A stretch of DNA of 64,000 nucleotides from Paraspadella gotoi (GCA_051294375.1 CM119264.1:22717826-22781825); one strand, 5' to 3'; counted from the stretch's first letter, positions 1 to 13,110 are shown. A program made the numbers and translations. The notes: a model not told the origin generated them from the letters alone.

Positions 1-237
1 ACAAGTTCGTGTCGACTGTCGAGTGTTTGCTCGACAGTATCGACTGCTTATCAGTCAAGACTCCTTTCAAAACAATAGACGACAGCAAAAAAAAGGGTAT
101 GTATCATTGTCGCTGCAGTTGATGAAAAAGAAAAAAAAACCTTTTCATCGTTTACATTTTCCTTTCACATAAACGTAGCCGTCAACCCGGCCCGACGGCA
201 ATAAAAAAAAAAGGAAAGAACGGTTCGATGAGCGCCG

Positions 238-1982
238 AGGTTCGCCCGAGGGTCGAGAAAGGGAAAAAGGTGAAAAACGCTCTCTCGGGACCCAACACAC
301 CTTGATTGTTTCCATTGTTTCCGCCGTTCTTATTCCCAAGGGCTCCGACGGGGAAGAAAGGCGTGTCGTATTCGTAGACGGATTGGAAGAGAGTTTTCCA
401 CAATTCATTGTCGTTGGCGATGTTTTGAAACCGCTTGCAGACCTGAGCCACGACGCAGAGGTCGAGCTCGAGCAAATAGGAAAAGATGCGGATCAAAACC
501 TCGTCGGGGAAGTCGTGGGTGAAGAGGCGCGCCGAGTAATTGGCTCCGCGGTGGGGATGACGAGTCAGCGCCGACGTCGAACTGGAACTCGACGCCACGT
601 AGGATCGCCGCTGACGTTTAGAAGGCGGACCTGTTGAATTTAACGACAAAAAATAGTAAAATGAAAGAAAAGAAAAATATCTTAATATCCACAGCCTTAT
701 GTTTGTCATTACTAATACTTCAAATTACTTACAAATCTAAAAGCATCATTGCATTATTGTATGAGAACAACGTCTAACAAAAATAAACTAAGTTTTGACG
801 GGAAAAAACTTAAAATGAATTTAAGGAATTTACCAAACTCAGCGCTGAGTGTGGGAGAAGTGGCACCCCCGTTGTAGTCTCCCTCGGCAGCGGTAGAAGG
901 CGCGTCCGGGTGAAACGAGAGTCTGCTCAAGTCACAAGAGCGATGATGATGATTGGAGTTGGCTTCAAGACGGTGGGCGTGGAGCATATGTTCGCACGGA
1001 CTCGTCATCGTGTGGAATCGTCCGCCGACGACACCGAGAGTGATCGTGCCGCTACCGGGCGGAAGGCCACCCCCTACGACGACGCCCATAACGCCATTTT
1101 GCAAAAGATCCCCGCCGCCGAAGTAGTGGAGATTGTGTTGATACAATTGGCATCCGGGAGAGTGATGCTGTTGAATCTAGCAAAAAGAGGAGGGAGGGTC
1201 ATTGACAACCGAATAATTGTTTTAATTTGACGAGTACAAACCGGCTCTTCGTTGGGATCCTTGTCGGAAACGTCCTGATTGGGGGGCTGATGTTCGCCCG
1301 CTAAGCAAAGGCACCGACAAGGCGCCAAACCTGAGACGGGTGTCGACATAGGCTGGGAACTTGAGGTATTCACGGCTGCTGCGGCGCAAGTACAAAGCGA
1401 AGACAAGTTGTGATGCGTGGCAAGAAATCCAGCCGGAGCATCACCTGTATGAGTTTAATGAAAACTTGATGTGAGCTTAACTCTTTCTTAAAAGCCCTAA
1501 AAGCCCTAGAACGGCAGTCAAGACATTCATTTCCGTATAAAGACTGAATGAGTAAACCAATAGATGCCTGCACCTGTTCCGGGTAGATCGACGGCCCCGC
1601 CCGCGGAGGAGGAGGCCTCTGAGGTGGATGAAGCTGCGGAAGGCGAAGACGGTGCGGCGACGGAGGGTTGCTGGGGAGGAGTGGGGCGCGAACCGCTCGA
1701 CGTCTGTGGGTTGGGAGAGAGAGAATTTCCCGTCGACGTCGCCGACGACGTCGGGGGAATGCTCACCCCGAGGGACGAAGCGCACGAAGACGACGATGCG
1801 GACGACAACGACGGATGTTGCGGCATGAGTTGTTGTGGTGGCGGCGGCAGCGGAGGCGGAAGATGGGGCGACTGTTGCGGCGGGTTCGGGCCGTTGCTGC
1901 TGCTGCTACCGGAAGTGCTACATCCCGGTGAGGTTGGGGATGACTTACGTCTAAGATGATAATTGTGGGTTGGGGGCGGCAT
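238..1982 (-). CDS. FBXO11: F-box only protein 11-like (FBXO11/DRE-1), 5' exons; gene runs off the left edge of the window
   Basis: Exon ~238-631 encodes the F-box [52 protein letters not shown], closely resembling the FBXO11 F-box. Pro/Gln/Ser-rich N-terminal exon 1573-1982 and middle exon ~834-1177. The left boundary is approximate. Confidence 0.8.
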
Positions 1983-2476
1983 TCTTTTTACTGCGTTTTA
2001 ACTTAGCCGCGATCCTTTAAAATCTTGCATCCATTAACAGATGTTTTGTCATTTTGTAAAAGGCGCGTGGGATTCAATTCTAGGGGTTCCACTATCCCCA
2101 TAGCGTAAAACGAAGCTGTGTTAAATATAATATATTTAAAAAAATAATCCAAGATTCGTTTTCTTTAACATGTAAATGTATTCATCATTTGAAGCGACGT
2201 AAGACGGTAGAAAAAGATAAAATTATGCGAAAAGAAAATTAAATTTTTCTCTCCAACGAAGAGCGAAAAACAACTCCCAAATCTACCGAGATCGAAGAGT
2301 TGACTGAAGGTTGTCCTGCTTTCCTCTCCTTTCCCACAGCTGAATAAAAATACCACAAAAGCTGATGCGATGCCAGGATTTACTTCTATATTATCCATTC
2401 CTTGCAGGATTAAGCCCAAGGGAAGGACTATTCATCTTCCATTGGCCTACACACAGACATAACACTGCGGGGAGAA

Positions 2477-2523
<47 letters not shown>

Positions 2524-2848
2524 GAGAGAGCGCTGAGAGCCTGCTCGGAAAGGCAATCAACAAGAGAAAGTGATTCTCGAAAAAAAAGAAAAAAAAAAAG
2601 AGGTTTTCGAGAGAAAAGCGAAAATACTGTCAGGCAATTACAACTGAAAATGTTCCAACATTGAAAATATTTTTTTTTCTGTTGGCGAAATTTGTAGAAA
2701 AATTTAAGAACCAAGAACATACCAGAGAGCTGCATTAGAGGCAAAGATGGCTGGCTGGCTGGCCCTTCTCTCGAGCTCAATTTTCCGCGAGGTGGAGAGG
2801 AAGAGGAAGAAGAGATTAACCCTGAGAGAGAGAAAGAGAAGAAGAGAG

Positions 2849-2892
<44 letters not shown>

Positions 2893-3842
2893 ATACCAGT
2901 TGAGCAGATGTGGGTTCTTTACAAATTACATAGCTACCGCACTATTTCTCTACGTAGAAATATGCTTTGAACTACAAAAAAACTAGTGATTGTTCAGGTT
3001 GCGATTCGAATTGAAAAGGAAAGCCCTGACCACTTTTATCGCTTAAAAAAAAGTGACGTCGCAGATGGAGAACAAAGGCATCCGGAACGAAAAAGAGAAA
3101 GTCCCTCCATTCACACAGTATTTCCTCAATTAGAATTCCGTGAATGGGACAGAAGAGCAAAGAAGAAGCAAGAAAGAATGGAAAGAGAATATAATCCCGG
3201 CGACGCAAATGCCGTCGGGCCAGAGGGGAACAAAAGAACAACCCGCTTTGTACAGACGCAAATGGGGAAAAAAAAATTTCCCTTTTAAATTTCGGGCTGT
3301 CACGCTGAGCCTTACAGCGACTTGGAAAACCTCTGATGGACGAGTGAAAAATTTCCTTTCTCTCATTGCATCTTTTCAAAAGTGATCGTTTCATATGTGC
3401 CATGAGAAAAAAAATGCCTGACTTTAAAAAAGCCGAACGGTTTTATGAGCAGTAAAATCATGTATGCGTTCTAACCGGCTCTCTTCGGTTTTGAGTTTTT
3501 TAAGGATGCGTATTAACAATACAATTTAATAAAAGTTTCTCTTTAAAATCTTACCAATATCGTTGAACATTGTTAAAATATATTTGATGAGTATTGAGTA
3601 AAGGCGAGAATTTTAGAAATAATAAATAAATTTAAAAATAACTAAGCTTCTCATATTTCTGTTTATCCTGTTTTTTTTTGGCAAAAATGACCTCGGCTAA
3701 TTTATTTCATTTTTTATTTAAAAAAGTCGGGGTAAAAAAAATGCATGGAAATTGATAATCCATTTGATTCAGTTTTTTTTTTTTTTTTTTCCAATTTCAA
3801 GGAATTCCGCGTCTTGAAATTCAGAGCTTCCTAATTTTTCAT

Positions 3843-6800
3843 CTATTTTTTTTCAACGATGCTTTTCCATCTTTTGGACACCATTTCCATTTCGTAATCC
3901 ATAAATTTTGAAAGCACGTCCCATCCTTTTTTTTGCGTTAAGAGAACATAGTCATTCGAAGGATTCATCTAAAAAAAATTGTGGCAAAGCTTCATTTTAA
4001 CTTTTGAACCGTCAAACAAAATCCCAAATTATCATACTTTGTTCGCGTAAAGTCCTAAAACAAGCGAGGCCGCCAACCTTGCCCCAACAACACTAGGAAT
4101 AGCATCCAAGTCGTAATGGTTCAATTTGCCGCGGGTCAAGTAACCTATAAGTTTTGCACATTTCCAATTATAGTTGCGGAGCTTATGTCCTCTCCTAATA
4201 AGATTAGATAATGAGAATTAGCAGTACCTTTAATTATATGGTCGCCAACATCCAGTAAGGGTATTGTATCCGGCACCATAAGCATCATGTAAGCGATCGT
4301 AAGTCCAACATCAAAGCAAAGGTAGCTAAAATAAAAATCGAAAAAGTAAAGTGATCTCGCCAGACGTTACTATCAAAGAAAATTAATAAAAAAAATCTTA
4401 TAAGCATAATGATCTATCGCTCAATGAATGATCGATGCGATGATAAATTTTTAATTGATGCGATGATAACTTATTGATTGATGAGATGATAATGAATAAT
4501 GACCACAATGATCTATTGCTCAATATTTATCTGAAAATAAAAAAAAGAATGATGCAATGATAACAAATTATCGATGATAATGATGGGATGATAATGAATG
4601 ATTGATTGATGGGATAATAATGAATGATTGATTGATGCGATGATAACAATTTATTTATTGATGGATAATATTTAATGATTGATTGATTGAATGAAAACGA
4701 ATAATTAATTGATGGGATGATAACAAATGATTGATTGATGGGATGATAACGAATGATTGATTGGATGATAACGAATGATTGATTGGATGATAACTAATGA
4801 TTGATTGATGAAATAATAATATATTATTGATAAAGTAATAACAAATTATTGATTCAATGACAATGATTTATTAATGTAATAAGGAATAAAATGAAATAAA
4901 AAAAATGGAATAAAAATAATTGAATGAATAAATTAAATTTATTATTTTAATTAAATGAAAGAATTGAAGTAAATAAATAATATTTAATAAATAAATTTAA
5001 AAATTAAAAGAATTTAATTGAACAAATTTGGGAAAGAAAAAAAAAGAAAACGAGGGGAAAAAAGCGAGATAAAAACCGGTTTTGTGATGGTAACTAACTT
5101 TTTTTAAATAAAAAATAAAAAGAGAGAGGTCCAGCCGTAACCGAGCTCAACTCGTTTTTGAACGAATAAGAGGAAGCAATAACTGAAAAAAAAAACGATA
5201 TATAATTAAATTTTAAAAAAATTCTTCTTTACTATTTATAAATTTGAATATTACAGTTAATCATAATGTGAAGGGAATTCAAAAACAAATACTTGTATCA
5301 TTAAGAAACATGTTACTTTCAAAAATTTTTAATATCTAAATATCTAAATTTTTAAATAACTACAATTGCACACTTTTATAATATCCATTTGTAAAAAATA
5401 TCCAATTTGTAAAAAATATCCAATTGTAAAAAAAGCGTAACGACATCATTAAGAAGCAAAAGTAAACCAAAAATTTCGCCAAGGCCTAGGCCCGTCTGGC
5501 GAGATATAAAATGAAAGGTTTTTTTGAAATGAAATTCAAATAGAAAAATACGGCGTAGATTTTACCCGCTAGAGGAGTCACCAAAATCCAGAACACCGCT
5601 TATCAAATACTCATCATTTTCTTCGGTAACAATGAGGTTTCCTGGCGAATTAATTAGTAAATTACGACCACTGCTAAATAACAGTAACATAATTAATATC
5701 CCTTTTTGTTTTACCTTCATTGAAGTCTCCATGAATTTGCGATGATGTAAGGTTGTCATAGTTTTTTGGCACGTTTTTTTCAAATTTTTCTATGGCGTTT
5801 TCAACAAGCTTCCGTGCATTAACACCATTGATAACAAAATCATCTGGCACAACGGATAAGAAGTCAAGCACCTTCGAAACAGATTGCATATGCCAAATAC
5901 TTTTGTAGGAATCATACGCTGTTAAAATGAAAAGTGCATAACATGGATTTCAAGCTACACCAACAGTTAACATATTCTATATACTATTATACTTAGGTTT
6001 AAAAAGTGTGAATAAAACAATTTTATGTACGTTAAATATTTAGTTGTTTTTTATTACACAAATTGTACTGTGAGGCGAGCTCTCACTTCTTTTCTACTTC
6101 ATTACATCGCCACTATCCTTCACCTTCTTCCCACTTTTATTCCTACTAGTTTCTACTGAATCATTGATTTCGAACCTGGATGATGAAAAGATAGCAAAGC
6201 TTGATGAACGCAAGCAAGTTTGTAACCGGTGTCTAAGAGCAAAGGTATTGTAAATGGAACATCCTTCATGATCTTTCCGGGTAAATATGTTAGCACCCTG
6301 ATGACATGCTTTGAATTTGATCCATCTATAAAAACAAAACTTTTAATGAAAAAGACGCTCTTTCGTTAAGTGCAATTGCAAGAACGAGTGAGCATTTAGT
6401 CATAACAATTGAACTTAAAATCTTGTGGTGGTGTCATGACGAATCGCGGACACCGTTAAAAAATATATATATTAAGATGTTGAAACAGACAACAACATGA
6501 AAATATAATGAATATAATGAATATAACGAAGTGCAACGTCCAAAATTATCCAGCTTAAAACTAGCTTTTCTTCACCAAATGGTTATGATCTTCACGAACG
6601 ATTCTTACCAGTGATCCGAAATGAGCTAACGAAAGCGCATAATGGCAGGTGGGTAAAGAAATATAGGAATATATTAATATTTAATACTCCAAAAATGTAA
6701 ATATTTTAATTAATCTTAATTATTTAATTTTATTTATATTATTTAAATAATTTTAATCCTTTTAATTATTTTTTTCTTTTCGAAATACCTAAGCAACAGC

Positions 6801-7858
6801 AATGAAGCAAATCAAGAATTCAGGTATGCAAATTGCATAGAAGTGGAGGATTAGTATTAGTAAATTAGATTTTTTAAAACCAAACTGTCAAAACGCTGAT
6901 GAAGGCTTGTAAAGCAAGTCGAAACATGTCTGTTCAATTTAAATAAAATTCGTTGCAAACAAAAACTTTGTCAATTCTCTAATCACTAATAACAACGAAA
7001 AAGAAAGAAAGGATTACTTCAAAGAAAAAGCAATATTGCCGTCAGTAATTTAATTTTTTTTTTAAATTTGAATACTCGGCTTAGCTAGTACATTGTACAG
7101 TGTACACTGTACAATATAATGTAATCTAATTTTTTATGCTCATCGCTACTTATCATTTTTTTGAGAAACGGAGCAAGACTTACCTTTATTTGGAATGTTG
7201 CACAGCTTATGTAATCTCCCGTTTAACATTGGAACTACAGTTTGTATTTCAATAGATGGTAAGCTGCCACCCAAATGCTTTATGATAGCAAGCTGTCCTT
7301 CAATCACTGAAATGAAATACATGAGTTTTTTAGTTAAGATTCACGTTTTTGTTTGGATATCAAAAAAAAAAAGGCAATTAATGCCCGATTCGAGGGTTAC
7401 GGAAATTTAACGTTTCAGTACAAAAGCAATATGTGGTACAGTTTGATCCGAAGTTAAGGGAAAAAAATTTTCAGGGAATAAATCGAGTTAAAATTATCTG
7501 CCAGGCAAAAATATTTTAATTTTTATATTTAACTTACCATCAGTATTTTTTGAGTCATTAGAATTCATTACTTTGAAAACAAATTCTCTTGAGCAATCAG
7601 TGTGGCAGCGCGGATTCTTTATATTAAAGAAAAAGTTTTTGTCATCGTACCCATCCAATTTCTTTATAGTTTCGACATCAAAACCGTAGTATTGCTTAAT
7701 TAACTTAATTGCCATAACCTCGTTAACCTAAAAGAGTAGATAATTAGTAAGAGAAATAATAAATGAATTTTCGAAAGTGGCATAAAATCTCCTTTAAATT
7801 TTACTTGGGCAGAGATGTTCTCTCCCGGTTTCTGAATTGTATCAACGGATGAGGTCAT
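3843..7858 (-). CDS. HYKK: Hydroxylysine kinase / aminoglycoside-phosphotransferase-domain protein, multi-exon
   Basis: Spliced exons give LDGYDDKNF, VFKVMNS, RVLTYLPG, WHMQSV, catalytic IHGDFNE(G)NLIV and GVLDFGD, then YLCFDVGLTIAYMML. ATG at 7858, TAG at 3843. Confidence 0.85.
4410..4870. repeat. Degenerate tandem minisatellite (~24-28 bp unit, TGATTGATGGGATGATAACGAA-like) in a HYKK intron
   Basis: Many imperfect repeats of gattgattgatg(g)gatgataac are visible directly. Confidence 0.8.
6380..6960 (+). mobile_element. Degenerate Penelope-like element 3' end, in a HYKK intron
   Basis: RTSEHL at ~6381 resembles the GIY-YIG R..EH motif, GYDLHERFLPVI at ~6580 resembles a PLE ORF tail, and a PLE-type hammerhead follows at 6892-6934 ahead of AATAAA. 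Confidence 0.45.
6892..6934 (+). ncRNA. Type I hammerhead ribozyme of the Penelope-like-element type
   Basis: AACG-CTGATGA-A-GGCTTG-taaag-CAAGTC-GAA-ACATGT-C-TGTT: core CUGAUGA and GAAA, 6-bp stem II, palindromic stem III ACAUGU, GUC cleavage triplet (after 6930), stem I AACG/UGUU. Confidence 0.8.
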
Positions 7859-8802
7859 AGTTGTAATTGATACGAAAACGGCCCTAAAGAAGAGAAATAA
7901 TACTAAAGACTTAATAGAATTATGTAAAAATTGATCGATTCAAAAAATGCAAAACGGCGGGCTACAAAATAAGCCATAATTTATGTTTTTAGGGTGATGG
8001 GACTCTGAGATATCGCCACAGGAAAAGTTATAATTGAGACACATCATAATGTACAATTACTACATTATATAAGGGGATGGTTCTTTAATACATGTGAAAG
8101 TTCATAAAAACATTATACCAGTTAAAGGAGGGAAAATCCCGAATTTTGTGGAATACAGTCCACTAATTAAAAATTTACCTTTTATCGAACAAAGTGACGT
8201 TTCCGTTAACTGTTTACAAGTTTTTGTTCGTCGAATCCTAAAACAAAAATTTGAACGTTATAGCAAAGAGTAGTTTCGAAGAGCTCGAATATTTATAGAG
8301 ACTTACGAAGTGACCCGGGAAACTCGAGAACTGTTGTGTCTGTATACACTATCCAACCTGGTCCAAATCGCCGAGCGAGGGGTTTTTCTCGTTATTCTTA
8401 CCCGAATGTTTTCTCCAGACTTCTTTGTGAGGATTTCTTATAAAGTTTATTTTTTTTAGGTATTTTTTTACCGTCTCGTCTTCAAGAAAATACAAACCAT
8501 CAAGCACAAACTCAAAAAGGCTTCAAGGGATGAAAAATCTCCATACTTTTTCGAAAATGCAAAGAGAAAATCACGAGATTCAATTCAACGATATTAGTTT
8601 TTTCACTTATTCCTGACTAATGAGCGTTCGAACTTTTCTAGTACTTACATGGACCTTGAGTAAAAATATCAAGAGCAAAAATACCTTATTAAATTAAACT
8701 CAGTCACAGTTTGACAATGATAGAGAAAGAGAGAGAGAGAGAGAAGAGTGTCGGGGAAATAGGAGCAGCAAGGCTCCCTGAGCTCGTTAATCAACTGCAT
8801 CT

Positions 8803-11800
8803 TTATTCGAGCTGCTTGTCCGAAAATCCCACAAAGATCCAGCGATCTTCTATGCAGGCGCCGACGCCACTGTTTCGACGTTGAAAAATTCCGGGATGAC
8901 CTTCTAAAACTGTAGATTCCACGTCGAAACAGCGTAGACCCAAAGTTAGGTTCTCCATCTGAAGTTTTTTTTTAATAAATGCGCTTTTTCTCAAATATCA
9001 TACATTTTTGAAAGTTCCTGATACTTGCAAAGTTTCTTGTGCCAAATTTAGTGGAAAAATGTTTTTATTGCGATTATGGTGGACTAAAATCCATCAACCA
9101 TTCATGAGCGGCCATTCTTCAGCAAGTCATTCGCCAAAGGTCGCCTCCCAACCCAAAGGTCCGGGGTTCTAGCCCGGTGGTCGCCTAGCAGTTAAGAGGG
9201 ACGGGGCGCTTAACCCCTCTGTAACACGGTGTTACAGCCTGATCCAAAGCTCAGGGACTGCTTATATTGAACGGTTCCGTCACTAACTCATAACAATTAT
9301 TACGGTCTCTTCATGATATTCGTTTTTTTCACTAAATTTTGCACAAGAAACTTTGTAGGTATCAGGAACTTTCAAAAATGTATGATTCTTCTGAGAGCTA
9401 AGAGTATCTTTTGAATAACACTACCTGTTTTAGATAGGACCATATATACTGCATTGAGGCACCGTTTGGGTGAACGTTTAAAAAGCAAGCCACAACGCCG
9501 ATTATGTGTGCAATTTTTCCGTCTAGTTTGGCAACCTTAGGTTCCGTAACAACAGTAGCTGCTGGTCCCTGAAAGGTAATTTAAAATGTATTATTTTTCA
9601 GTTGTAATTCCAAATTGGGGGAGAATAAAATAAACCTGCTCAACTATATCTTTTTGCTTGGATTCTTCAGAAGTCTCTTTAAATTTTTCATTTAAGAGGC
9701 TTGTCAACTTTTGCCGTAATTCATTCAATGCCGCGTCTTTTTCATCTGAATTTTCCTACACAGAAAGTACATTATATAAAATTATTATTTCGGAAAACTG
9801 ATGACTGACTGAGCCCATCTCGGCGTAATGATATCGATTGAGATTTCACTGTAAACCCGCACCTGTACGGTAATCTTCACAAACTCTTCGACTGTATTTT
9901 GCAAGGTCTTTATCTTTTCCGGAAATTCTTTTTCCAATTGCTTTTTATATTCTTCCGCCTCTTTCTTAGCCTCCGATTTTGCTCCCATAAGTTGATCTTT
10001 AAGACCTAATAAAAAACACCCAACGATCAACGTTATACTGATACTGGGCGGGTTTCAAAATCCAAGCAGTACCCATAATCATATTTTGCATCATTTTTCC
10101 CTCCTTCTCCTTAGCTTCCTTATATGCCTTGAATTCTGCTTTCAACAACTCGTTTTCGTTTTCGTAAGCGTCCACTTGACATTTAAGCTGATCGTTTTCC
10201 TCCTTGATGTTTGTCAATTCATTGCTTGCTGGCAATTCCGTTCGTCGGACTCTGAAGGAAAGGAATACATTTACACATTGTACGTTGCATCATTATTTCC
10301 CCTGGTCGAAACTGACTTTTTGGTCGGGGGCTGCGAGCTGGTAGTGTCTTTATCTCCCTCGTCACCGTCGCTCATTTCCATTTCGTCCTCGACGCGTTCC
10401 TTTAATACATCGTCAGAGTTTTTGGCTTTGAGTTCGTCGGCCAGCTTCTTCCATTCGGCGATATTTTTTCTCTGTGCCTATATAATAGATTATAAAACGA
10501 TTTTTTTTTTAGGATTTTACGGCAACTAGTAATATTTTATATAACAACCTTGGTGAAATGATCCCAGGACTTTTGAGCCTTGGCCTTGGTAAAAACGTCG
10601 ACAATCTGATCAAACTGCGATATGATGAGGTAGAGCTTTTGGCGTAGCATCTCCCGAGTGTGAACGACTTCTTCCTGATGATGGGCCTTTTCCTTCACCA
10701 GATTTCGTAGATAGGATTGTACTGACTGCGTAACAAAAGGTTGAAAACCACATTCAGTTTTAGATCGAATAGCCGCTCGAGTCATAATTGTAACTACCTT
10801 TTTAATTACGCCGAGAATAATATATATTAAAAAAAATGTATATAATTTTATTACAATAAATCAAGTTGTTTAAGAAATATGATTTTTAAAACTTGAATAT
10901 TCCAAAACAAAAAGGGAAAATTCAATTCTTGTCAAAAACTTCATAATCATTAACTTATCATTCATCTTATTTTTCAATAACTTTGTTCACTATACCTACG
11001 GATATTCAATACATTTCTTTATTTTTAATATGCTACAAAGAATGTAAAATATTTAGAAAAAAGAGATTAATCATAAAAAAAGCATTTTTTTAATGTCTCG
11101 CTTTGCTATGGAGTACTTCATTTAAAAAAAAATACTGCTCGTAGCTTAATTTTTATAAACTTTATTTTTTTAATAAACATAAATATTTATTTTACTTATA
11201 CCAAACTATTTTTAATAAATTTTAATTTACTTATAAAATTTGTTGATACAAAGTGGCGCGTTTTTTTGCACATGACTGTACTTGGCCGAAATAAGTGTTT
11301 TGCACATCTTTCACACTCGTGCAGTCACGTGATTATTTGGAAATAAGTGGCGGCGCAACACCTCGAACTCGTTGGTTCTTGTTCTTTCAACTATAAATAG
11401 CAGCAGAGAGATGCGAGCTTCTTAAGCACACCTGTCACTTTATAAAGACCTATAATTTACATACAAAAAACAACCTGTAGAAGTGTGTAAAAATTGTTGG
11501 CATTTCTTTTATTGACGTCGCCTCTTTCCAACCAGTTCAACAGGGTCTGGCAGCTTCTCGAGAATACATGAGCCCCACCTTCCCCTTTCAATTGTTCCGT
11601 CAAACTCGTGGCTTCGGCGTCCGAATAGTGGGAGGGGGGAGGTGGAGAGGGACCACGTGATGCCGTTTCGATTTCTCGTTGCCTGGAGAGTGGAATTCGT
11701 TTAAACTTCGAAATTTATAATTACTAGTTTTTCTTACCTGTGCCTCTCCTCGCGGGCCATTGCGCGTTGCAAGCATTCCCAGTCGTACTTGTCGTCTCTG

Positions 11801-12865
11801 GCAGCGGCGTAATCGACATGAACGCGAAAGGGGTTTCGAAGGTCCCGGTTTTTCTTTTTCGGCGCTTCAGCCGGAGCGCCGTCGAGCACTACGATGTCGT
11901 CGTCCGTTTCGACGACGTCTCCGCCCGACGGCTCGTCGGGTTCCGTCGCCGGGACCAGATCGGCGTTAACTTTAACGTGGGCACCCGACACGGAAACGGC
12001 ACGGTCCACGGCTTCGAACGATTTAAAGCGAATGTGGCAAAAGTTTTTCTTAGATAACCGGATGCTCTCAATCTCGCCGCAAAAGTCGAACACGTCACGA
12101 AGAACATTTTCAGGTACCCACTCGGGAACGCCGCCGACGAATATGGTGCGACAGCCTTCTGGGCGATCGCGGGTCGACGGGATGGGAAGACCCGGTTTTC
12201 GTGGCAAAATGGTGCAGGTCTTGAGAGTCATGGGCTCGTTTGGATGGAAATCCTCCGCGTTGAAGGGGCCTCCGGTTATCCAAGGAGGCATGGGACCGCC
12301 CATGGATCCCATCAAGTTTCCGCCCATAGCGCCGCTATCGCCCCACCCGCAACCGTAACCTTGCATCATTGAAATGGCCTGCGACGGGTCCGAGGTCATC
12401 ATCACATTCATCATTGACATTTGGTTCCAATTGCCCTGATTCGGATAAGACGTTATTCCAGGATTCCATCGGGACTGAAACGCGTCTGGCAAAACAAATA
12501 AATAAAGTCTAAATTTTACTTTCGCCTTCCGCGGTTTTGGCGGCTTTTGAAAGACAACTTATATTTATTTTTACAAAATCTTACTTAATTACCCTAACCC
12601 TAAACCCTCTTAACCATAACCACCCCTAACTCTGAACCACCCTTAACCTCCCTAACCCCCGTCGGCGAAAGTAAAAGTAACCCAAAATTAAAATCGAAAA
12701 AAAATTATTTTATAACAAGAACAGTTTTACGTATGAAAAAAAATGACGGCGATGGCCCAGACCTTGCCTCATATGGTTTCCTCCTCTTCCATAGTTCCGA
12801 TTAGACTGACGTCCGCTGTGTGATCCGTCAGGACCAGGAGAATTGGCGCCATCCGAAAGAACCAT
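8803..12865 (-). CDS. ENOX: Ecto-NOX disulfide-thiol exchanger (ENOX1/2-like RRM protein), multi-exon
   Basis: PSTRDRPEGCRTIFVGGVP...SKKNFCHIRF...HVDYAAARDDKYDWECLQRAMAREERHR, coiled-coil exons, and C-terminal IIGVVACFLNVHPNGASMQYIWSYL and SGVGACIEDRWIFVGF match ENOX family motifs. The start codon is uncertain; an upstream exon at 13567-13769 is possible. Confidence 0.9.
8997..9386. mobile_element. MITE-like palindromic element with ~63-bp inverted arms, interrupted by the tRNA/twister repeat
   Basis: ATCATACATTTTTGAAAGTTCCTGATAC...AAATTTAGTGGAAAAA (8997-9059) is a near reverse complement of 9324-9386. Confidence 0.75.
9075..9313 (+). mobile_element. tRNA-like/twister repeat, copy 1 (degenerate), in the last ENOX intron, antisense to the gene
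   Basis: Aligns end to end with 14016-14249 (TATGGTGGACTAAAATCC ... GTCTCTTCA). The tRNA part is rearranged and the twister T1/T2 positions are mutated. Confidence 0.85.
12514..12676 (+). mobile_element. Short non-autonomous element with 13-bp inverted termini and telomere-like (CCCTAA-variant) repeats
   Basis: TTTTACTTTCGCC (12514) and GGCGAAAGTAAAA (12664) flank degenerate ACCCTAA repeats. A related copy lies at ~19060-19160. Confidence 0.6.
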
Positions 12866-12903
12866 ATCTACGCTTCCTCCTGTAGGTACACAGGTTTTCA
12901 CTT

Positions 12904-13110
12904 TATACAGAAGGCTTCATTAGTTCAAATTAGAAAATGCTCTCCCGTAATTTCCAACCGAGAATTGCTTTCGATCAAACTAAAATTTAGTACGAATTAA
13001 TTTTAAGGCAATAGAAATGGGACTATCGAGGGGATTTTGAAATTTGACCTATGACCCGAGATATGGGCCCCTCAGGGGTCACCCCAGGCAGGCAATTTTT
13101 TTTTTTAAAT
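12904..13110 (+). repeat. Dispersed DNA-transposon/MITE-like family member
   Basis: ATACAGAAGGCTTCA ... ACTATCGA...TTTGACC...GAGATATGGGCCCC resembles 34803-35020, 44703-44930 and (inverted) 45845-46060. Confidence 0.55.

Noticed and set aside
4410-4870. CRISPR-like array
   Set aside because: A low-complexity degenerate minisatellite without unique spacers, in a eukaryotic intron.
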